Below are positions 58,101 to 64,000 of a stretch of DNA of 64,000 nucleotides, one piece after another (positions within the stretch are counted from its first letter, which is position 1; the number at the start of each line of letters is the position of its first letter). The position numbers were made by a program, and so were the translations under genes. This DNA comes from an uncultured Bordetella sp. (GTDB lineage Bacteria > Pseudomonadota > Gammaproteobacteria > Burkholderiales > Burkholderiaceae_E). The stretch spans positions 33,291 through 97,290 of the forward strand of contig CAZORB010000001.1 in NCBI GenBank assembly GCA_964581825.1. Reading direction: 5' to 3'. Under the pieces are notes generated by a model. It saw only the letters and a program-made list of their open reading frames with translations. It made no database searches and was not told where the DNA came from.

Positions 58101-58189
58101 TGGCCAATGCGCTCACGCCTTTCGTCGGCGACGCCAACTCCCAGACGCCGGAATACAAGGCGTTCCTGGTCAACATCGAGAAGGCATGA
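55109..58189 (+). CDS. fdnG: Formate dehydrogenase-N/O type alpha subunit, a selenocysteine-containing molybdopterin enzyme
   Basis: Tat signal MDMNRRQFFRVSSAGLIGSSLAALGFSPTQALA. The two track ORFs (55067-55696 and 55709-58189) are in the same frame, separated only by TGA 55694-55696. The read-through context VDTQARI-U-HAPTVSSLGPTFGRGAMTNSW matches E. coli FdnG, ARV-U-HGPTVASLAPTFGRGAMTNHW. Confidence 0.93.
55694..55726 (+). promoter_or_regulatory. UGA selenocysteine codon plus a SECIS-like hairpin (recoding signal)
   Basis: The hairpin at 55707-55726 begins 10 nt after the UGA. Pairs: C07-G26, G08-C25, G09-C24, bulged T10, G11-C23, T12-G22, C13-G21, C14-G20, A15-T19, with apical GTC. The bulged U and the GU in the loop resemble the E. 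coli fdhF/fdnG SECIS. Confidence 0.7.
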
Positions 58190-58200
58190 GGAGCTAAGCC

Positions 58201-59073
58201 ATGGCCAGTCTTCAATCTCTGGATGTCGTAGCCCGGTCGGCTACGACCCTGCCAACGCCTCAGGTACGGCAGGCGATCCCGCAAATCGCCAAGCTCATCG
58301 ACGAGTCCAAGTGCATCGGCTGCAAGGCCTGCCAGGTCGCGTGCATGAACTGGAACGATTTGCGCGATGACGTGGGCGAAACGGTGGGGGTCTATGACAA
58401 CCCGGCCGACCTCACACCGAGTTCCTGGACCGTCATGAAGTTCTATGAGGTCGAGCCCAAGGCGGGTTCACTCGAGTGGCTGATCCGCAAGGACGGCTGC
58501 ATGCACTGCGACGATCCGGGCTGCCTGAAGGCATGCCCCTCGCCGGGTGCAATCGTGAAATATGCCAACGGCATTGTCGATTTCATCTCGGAAAACTGTG
58601 TCGGCTGCGGTTATTGCGTCAAGGGCTGTCCGTTTGATGTGCCGCGTATCAGCCAAAAAGACAACAAGGCTTACAAGTGCACGCTCTGCTCCGATCGCGT
58701 CAGCGTCGGTCTTGAGCCAGCCTGCGTAAAAACCTGTCCGACCGGCGCGATCTCGTTCGGTACCAAAGACGACATGGTGGCCTATGGCGTCAAGCGCACA
58801 GGCGAACTCAAAGAACGCGGCTTTCAGAACGCGGGGCTTTACAACCCCGAGGGCGTGGGCGGCACACACGTGATGTACGTGCTCAAGCATGCCGACAAGC
58901 CGCATCTGGAAGAGTTGCCCGCCAACCCGCGCATCGATCCACTGGTGTCGTTGTGGAAGGGCCTTGCCAAGCCACTGGCGGTCGCCGGCATGATAGGCGC
59001 CATGGTGGCTGGTTTCTTCCACTACATGAAGGTCGGTCCGGTTGAGGACAAAGCCGAGAAGGAGGAAGCGTGA
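58201..59073 (+). CDS. fdnH: Formate dehydrogenase iron-sulfur (beta) subunit
   Basis: Near-collinear with E. coli FdnH ([64 protein letters not shown]), with a C-terminal TM helix. Confidence 0.95.
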   Translation: MASLQSLDVVARSATTLPTPQVRQAIPQIAKLIDESKCIGCKACQVACMNWNDLRDDVGETVGVYDNPADLTPSSWTVMKFYEVEPKAGSLEWLIRKDGCMHCDDPGCLKACPSPGAIVKYANGIVDFISENCVGCGYCVKGCPFDVPRISQKDNKAYKCTLCSDRVSVGLEPACVKTCPTGAISFGTKDDMVAYGVKRTGELKERGFQNAGLYNPEGVGGTHVMYVLKHADKPHLEELPANPRIDPLVSLWKGLAKPLAVAGMIGAMVAGFFHYMKVGPVEDKAEKEEA

Positions 59074-59693
59074 TGAGCAGACTCTTGCAACGCTACAAAG
59101 ACGGCGACCGGATGAACCACTGGTTCATCGCGCTCATGTTTGTGCTCGCAGCGCTCTCCGGGCTCGCGTTTTTCCATCCGTCAATGTTCTTCTTCTCTAA
59201 CCTCTTCGGAGGCGGAAGCTGGACCCGTATCCTGCACCCTGTGCTGGGTCTACTGATGGTGATCGGTTTCGCCTGGTTGTTCATCCGTCTCTGGAAGGAC
59301 AACCTGATCACGGCGGCCGATCGCGAGTGGGCCAAGCACATGGGCCGGATGCTAAGCGGTGACAAAGCCGGACTGCCGCCAGTAGGCAAGTACAACTATG
59401 CACAGAAGCTTACCTTCTGGGTGATGGCTGTCAGCCTGCTTGTGCTGCTGGTGACCGGCGTGATGTTCTGGCGGCCATGGTTTGCACCCTATTTCTCTGT
59501 CGAGGCCATGCGGATTGCAGTTCTGCTGCATTCCGTCGCTGCGGTGGTGCTCATCTTAAGCACCATCATGCATGTGTACGCAGCGATTTGGGTCAAGGGT
59601 ACGATCCGCGCCATGACTCGCGGTACGGTCACCGAAAGTTGGGCCAAGACCAACCACCCGTTATGGCATCAGGAGGTCACCAAGGGCCGATAG
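59070..59693 (+). CDS. fdnI: Formate dehydrogenase cytochrome b556 (gamma) subunit
   Basis: Four-helix membrane protein with [15 protein letters not shown] and other conserved His. ATGA overlap with fdnH. Confidence 0.9.
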   Translation: MMSRLLQRYKDGDRMNHWFIALMFVLAALSGLAFFHPSMFFFSNLFGGGSWTRILHPVLGLLMVIGFAWLFIRLWKDNLITAADREWAKHMGRMLSGDKAGLPPVGKYNYAQKLTFWVMAVSLLVLLVTGVMFWRPWFAPYFSVEAMRIAVLLHSVAAVVLILSTIMHVYAAIWVKGTIRAMTRGTVTESWAKTNHPLWHQEVTKGR

Positions 59694-59715
59694 GCGCTTG
59701 GCGAGCCGCATTCTG

Positions 59716-60750
59716 ATGGGAGCCTCTGCCACCGTTCGGGTCATGTCACCCGAGGAAATCGCCGCCAAGTCGGGGGGTGAAACGCCGTATCTGCTGTGGC
59801 CCGAACGCAGCACGCATTTCGCCGAGCGCGCAATGCGGCTGCGCCAGCTTGCGGCTAATCACCCAATGCGTGATTTTCTGCTCTTTGCGGCCGAGCTTGC
59901 CCAGGCACAGCAGACGCAGCTCGCAGCCTACCCGGCGGTGGCTTTGCCGGATCACGAGTCGCTGGACCGCGCTGCCAATCGGCTTGCACCGCCCCTTGCA
60001 GCGATCGACTGGCCGCGCGACCCAGCCTGGCGAGGCGAGCTGCGCACGCTGCTCACCCGGCTTCCTCAGTCGCTCCCCGAAGCAGCACGCGACACTGTTG
60101 CGCGTGTTGCTAAGGCCCACGACGACTGGCTCGAGGCCCAGGCCGACTGCCTGCTTGCGGGCGTTACCCGTGGCCTCGATCTGGCGGCGGCGCCGCTGGT
60201 CGCGGCAGGGCTTCAGGTGTATTTCACACATCTGCTGCTTGCCGTGCAGGAAAGCGCGATCGGCAAAGGTCAGCCGTTTGGTCGCATCGAAGACGAAACC
60301 GTGTGCCCTGCCTGCGCAAGCAAACCGGTGGCAAGCGTCACCCGCAATGCAGGCGACCTGCTTGGCCAGCGGTATCTCGGCTGCTCGCTCTGCGGTCTGC
60401 AGTGGCATATGGTGCGCATCAAGTGCACGCACTGTCTGTCCACCCAGTCGGTTGCCTATCAGTCGCTGCAGCGCGCGGCCGACGAATCCGATACCGAGGC
60501 GGCTGCCTCGGCGGTGGCACAGGCCGAAGTCTGCGACAGCTGCGGGCATTACCTGAAAATTTTCCATTCCGACCGCGACCCACATGTCGACGCGGTCGCC
60601 GACGATCTGGCAACGCTCACGCTCGATTTGCTGGTATCGGAGTCGGGTAGCCGCCGTCACGGCGTGAACCTGATGCTGCTCTTTGGCGCGCCAGAGGACG
60701 ACTCCGCAGCGCAGGGCGAACCGGACCCGCCAGACCCCGGTTCACGGTAA
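59716..60750 (+). CDS. fdhE: Formate dehydrogenase accessory protein FdhE
   Basis: The RLRQLAANHPMRDFLLFAAELAQAQ region aligns with E. coli FdhE. Cys pairs CPACASKP, CSLCGLQWH, CTHC and CDSCGHYLK are present. The start is uncertain: ATG 59716, ATG 59743 or TTG 59698. Confidence 0.88.
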   Translation: MGASATVRVMSPEEIAAKSGGETPYLLWPERSTHFAERAMRLRQLAANHPMRDFLLFAAELAQAQQTQLAAYPAVALPDHESLDRAANRLAPPLAAIDWPRDPAWRGELRTLLTRLPQSLPEAARDTVARVAKAHDDWLEAQADCLLAGVTRGLDLAAAPLVAAGLQVYFTHLLLAVQESAIGKGQPFGRIEDETVCPACASKPVASVTRNAGDLLGQRYLGCSLCGLQWHMVRIKCTHCLSTQSVAYQSLQRAADESDTEAAASAVAQAEVCDSCGHYLKIFHSDRDPHVDAVADDLATLTLDLLVSESGSRRHGVNLMLLFGAPEDDSAAQGEPDPPDPGSR

Positions 60751-62192
60751 TGCAGGGGCCTGCGCAATCCGTCGTCGACGGTTCGAAGGCCAGCCCGAAA
60801 GACCTGCCCTCGATCGACCGTCTGTTGCGTTCTTCAACCGGTGCTGCGCTGGTCAGCGAGCACGGCCACACGCTGGTGGCAGGCGAAGCGCGCGAGCTCC
60901 TGCAGACACTCAGAGAGCGCGCGCGAGACGGCAGTCTGCTCGCAGCCGACCTGATGAGCGAGTCGCTTGGCACAGCGCTGGCGGCACGCGTTCAGGCGCG
61001 CCTTGCGCCCAGACTGCGGCAGGTCATCAACCTCACCGGTACGGTGATCCACACCAACCTCGGCCGCGCGCTGCTCGCGCCCGAGGCTTTAGCCCATCTC
61101 GCAGAAGTGATGGCCGGCCCCAACAATCTTGAGTATGACCTTGCCTCGGGCGGCCGAGGCGACCGCGATTCGATCGTAGAAGCCCTGCTTTGCACACTCA
61201 CCGGGGCAGAAGCGGCCACGGTAGTCAATAACAACGCCGCGGCGGTCGTGCTCACGATTGCTGCACTCGCGCGCGGTCGCGAAGTCATCGTGTCACGCGG
61301 CGAGCTGGTGGAGATCGGCGGCGCATTTCGAATGCCCGACGTGATGAAAAGCGCTGGCGCCAAACTGGTGGAAGTTGGCACGACCAATCGAACCCACGGC
61401 CGCGACTACGCAGCCGCCATCGGGCCCAAGACCGCGCTGCTGATGAAGGTGCATACGAGCAATTACGCCATCCAGGGTTTCACAACCAGCGTGGATGAAA
61501 GTGAGCTCGCGACCATCGCGCACGCGCATGGAATTCCGCTCGCAACGGACCTGGGCAGCGGATCACTGGTCGATCTGGCCCGTTGGGGGCTGCCTCGCGA
61601 GCCGCTGCCACAGGAGAAGCTCGCGGCCGGCTGCGACGTGGTCACCTTCAGTGGCGACAAACTTTTAGGCGGCCCTCAAGCGGGCCTCATTGTGGGCTCG
61701 CGTGCAACGATTGAACGGATTCGACGACATCCCATGAAGCGCGCGTTCAGGATGAGCAAGCTCCCGCTTGCAGCACTTGAAGCAACGCTGCGGCTTTATC
61801 TGCGGCCAGAGCGCCTGGAGCGCGATCTGCCAACGCTCAGGCTACTCACCCGCCCGGTTGAGGCAATCCGGGCGGTAGCCGAGCGCCTGCTCCCGGCGAT
61901 GGAACAGACACTCGCACCGCGTTATCGCGTGCAGTGCTGCGAGCTCAAGGGCCAGATCGGGTCGGGGTCGCTTCCAGTCGAGAGCCTCGCCTCGGCGGGG
62001 CTCGCCATTGAACCCGTTCAGGCGCGCGGGGCAGGCCGTGCACTGGAGGCGCTGGAGTCCGCGCTGCGCATGCTCGATCGGCCGGTGATCGGGCGAATCT
62101 CCGAGCAACGGCTGCTGCTCGATTTGCGCTGCCTCGAAGATGAGGCGCAGCTGCTCTCGCAACTTCCCGCGTTGTCTCGGCAATTGTCGTGA
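60750..62192 (+). CDS. selA: L-seryl-tRNA(Sec) selenium transferase
   Basis: LPSIDRLLRS, VINLTGTVIHTNLGRA, VSRGELVEIGGAFRMPDVM and the PLP-lysine context FSGDKLLGGPQAG. The ATG overlaps the fdhE stop (TAATG). Confidence 0.95.
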   Translation: MQGPAQSVVDGSKASPKDLPSIDRLLRSSTGAALVSEHGHTLVAGEARELLQTLRERARDGSLLAADLMSESLGTALAARVQARLAPRLRQVINLTGTVIHTNLGRALLAPEALAHLAEVMAGPNNLEYDLASGGRGDRDSIVEALLCTLTGAEAATVVNNNAAAVVLTIAALARGREVIVSRGELVEIGGAFRMPDVMKSAGAKLVEVGTTNRTHGRDYAAAIGPKTALLMKVHTSNYAIQGFTTSVDESELATIAHAHGIPLATDLGSGSLVDLARWGLPREPLPQEKLAAGCDVVTFSGDKLLGGPQAGLIVGSRATIERIRRHPMKRAFRMSKLPLAALEATLRLYLRPERLERDLPTLRLLTRPVEAIRAVAERLLPAMEQTLAPRYRVQCCELKGQIGSGSLPVESLASAGLAIEPVQARGAGRALEALESALRMLDRPVIGRISEQRLLLDLRCLEDEAQLLSQLPALSRQLS

Positions 62193-64000
62193 TCGTCGGT
62201 ACCGCGGGTCATATCGACCACGGCAAGACCACGCTGGTGCGTGCGCTCACAGGCGTCGATACCGACCGCTTGCCCGAGGAAAAGCGCCGCGGCATCAGTA
62301 TCGAGCTTGGCTATGCGTTCTTTGAGTCTGCTCAAGGCTCGCGAATCGGCTTGATCGATGTACCGGGCCATGAGCGGCTGGTGCACACGATGCTAAGCGG
62401 CGCTACGGGCATTGATCATGCGCTGATGCTGGTGGCCGCTGACGACGGCGTGATGCCACAGACGCGCGAGCACTTTGCGATTCTCGACCTGCTTGCGGTA
62501 TCAACAGCAAGCTTCGTGATCACCAAGTGCGATCGCGTGGACCGGTCACGAATCGATACCGTACGCGCTCAGACAGCGCAGCTCGCAACAGGCTCACGAT
62601 TCGCTCGCGCGCCGATCTTTGAAGTGAGCGCTGCAACCGGCGATGGCCTCGCGGCACTGCAAAGCCATTTGAGCGAGCTCGCATCGCAGCGCACCGCACG
62701 CGATCTCGAGTCGGATGGCTTTCGAATCGCAATCGACCGCGTGTTCGTGATCGAGGGTTCTGGCACGGTGATCACCGGAACGGTTCACAGCGGCTGCGTG
62801 GCCGTTGGCGACGAACTCGTGCGCGCACCCATCGCGGGCACGGAGCTGCGTGCGCGTGTTCGCAGCATTCACGCACAGAATCGGGCGGCTGACACGGCGC
62901 GCGCCGGGGAGCGATGCGCGCTCGCGCTCGCCGGGGTCAATCGCGATCAGCTACGGCGCGGACAATGGCTGGTGTCACCGAGCATTGCCCTTGCGACCCA
63001 GCGCATTGATGCTGGGATCACGCTCTGGAAAGACGAGCCCCGAGCGCTTCGCGCTGGAACGCCGGTGCATGTGCATCTCGGTGCCACATCGGTCACCGGA
63101 TCGGTCGCGCTGCTGGATGCTGGAGAGAGCCTCGCGCCTGGCGCGCACGCGCGGGTGCAGCTGGTGCTGCACGAGCCAGTTGCGGCCTGGCGTGGCGACC
63201 GCGTGGTGCTGCGCGATGCCTCAGCGAGCCGCACGCTTGCAGGCGGCAGCGTGCTCGATCCGTTTGCGCCAGCGCGCTATCGACGCACCCCGCAGCGGCT
63301 TGCCGAACTGACCGCGATCGACATCGCGGATCGCGCAGCGCGGCAGTCGGCGCTGATCGCTGCCGCCCCGCACGGAATCAATCTGACGCAGCTGTATCGC
63401 GCGGAAGGCGTGCTGTCTCCCCCTGGGGCGCAGCCGGCGAATCGCCCCGACGACACCGAGGCACCCGATGCGGGCGCAGAGATCATTGAGCGCGACGGCG
63501 AGGCCATCCTGGCGCTCAGCGCAGCGCACGCGACGCTTTATGCCGAGCAGCTCATCCTCACGCTCGGGCGCTTTCACGAACAGCATCCCGATGAGCTCGG
63601 CCCCGATATCGCACGACTCCGGCGACTCACCGCACCGCGGCTCCCGGATGCCCTGTGGCAGGCGCTCGTCAGGCGCATGCTGCGAACCGGTGCGGTTGCC
63701 CGTCGCACAAGCTTCATCCATCTGCCCGAGCATGGTGTGCGCCTGTCCGAGGTCGATGAGCGAATCGCGCAACTGATCGCACCGATGCTCGCTGCGGCGG
63801 GCTTTGAGGGCGCCTGGGCACGCGATCTTGCGCGCGATGCAGGGCAGAGCGAGCCGCTGCTGCGGGTTGCTCTGGCCAGGCTGGCGCAGCGCGGTGACGT
63901 TCATCAGATCGTTCGCGATCTGGTCTACGATACGCCCACCGTCCACCGACTCGCGGCGATTGCGCGAAGCCTGGCTGCAGAACGCGGTGCCATCACCGCA
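62189..64000 (+). CDS. selB: Selenocysteine-specific elongation factor (3' end beyond the window)
   Basis: Manual translation from GTG 62189 (GTGA overlap with the selA stop) gives [43 protein letters not shown], then DVPGHERL and ITKCD G-motifs. I translated only 62189-62330, 62501-62680 and 63941-63997. That the frame is open throughout is inferred from its absence in the closed-ORF track. Confidence 0.92.
   Translation, partial: MIVGTAGHIDHGKTTLVRALTGVDTDRLPEEKRRGISIELGYAFFESAQGSRIGLIDVPGHERLVHTMLSGATGIDHALMLVAADDGVMPQTREHFAILDLLAVSTASFVITKCDRVDRSRIDTVRAQTAQLATGSRFARAPIFEVSAATGDGLAALQSHLSELASQRTARDLESDGFRIAIDRVFVIEGSGTVITGTVHSGCVAVGDELVRAPIAGTELRARVRSIHAQNRAADTARAGERCALALAGVNRDQLRRGQWLVSPSIALATQRIDAGITLWKDEPRALRAGTPVHVHLGATSVTGSVALLDAGESLAPGAHARVQLVLHEPVAAWRGDRVVLRDASASRTLAGGSVLDPFAPARYRRTPQRLAELTAIDIADRAARQSALIAAAPHGINLTQLYRAEGVLSPPGAQPANRPDDTEAPDAGAEIIERDGEAILALSAAHATLYAEQLILTLGRFHEQHPDELGPDIARLRRLTAPRLPDALWQALVRRMLRTGAVARRTSFIHLPEHGVRLSEVDERIAQLIAPMLAAAGFEGAWARDLARDAGQSEPLLRVALARLAQRGDVHQIVRDLVYDTPTVHRLAAIARSLAAERGAITA

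Noticed and set aside
55067-58189. Interpretation of the split fdnG ORFs as a pseudogene or as two genes.
   Set aside because: The ORFs share one frame and are interrupted by a single TGA at the exact conserved Sec position. There is a SECIS-like hairpin downstream, and selA/selB lie in the same operon.

Overview
This is a high-GC, densely coding chromosomal window with about 60 CDS and one tRNA. I saw no transposase, integrase, phage, CRISPR, toxin-antitoxin or defence genes. Gene order looks like conserved core synteny of a Betaproteobacterium, probably Burkholderiales-like; this is inferred from gene order only. Minus strand, 1-12.6 kb: hisB, a fused hisD-hisC, hisG, murA, ibaG, an ABC-2 exporter pair, mlaB-C-A-D-E-F and a KefC-like antiporter. 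Plus strand, 12.6-21 kb: kdsD-kdsC-lptC-lptA-lptB-rpoN-ptsN-hprK-rapZ and a LON-domain gene. Then come mutY/mutM, TPR-lolB-ispE, tRNA-Gln, prs-rplY-pth and ychF. A looser metabolic stretch at 29-41.5 kb holds a 5'-nucleotidase, a methyltransferase, crotonase, ACAD, a racemase-like gene, an ICL/PEPM-family gene, ogt, an esterase, a RidA-like gene, an OYE-type reductase, glcG-like and sodB. A phosphate neighbourhood follows (phoX, ppk, ppx, sixA), then yfhL-coaD-rsmD and an M16 peptidase pair, ftsY and rpoH. The window ends with a selenocysteine formate dehydrogenase operon (fdnGHI-fdhE) joined directly to selA-selB, which is cut by the window edge. I do not see convincing evidence for a new multi-gene system. 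The items most worth a second look are: (1) an in-frame hisD-hisC fusion; (2) phased Pho-box arrays upstream of phoX and back-to-back between ppk and ppx; (3) a UGA-Sec codon with a SECIS-like hairpin that makes ORF callers split fdnG; (4) a racemase-superfamily protein lacking both catalytic Cys, paired with an ICL/PEPM-family enzyme of unknown substrate; (5) no hpf between rpoN and ptsN; (6) a structured non-coding region between rpoH and fdnG. Many long ORFs in the track are antisense shadow ORFs typical of high-GC DNA and were rejected.
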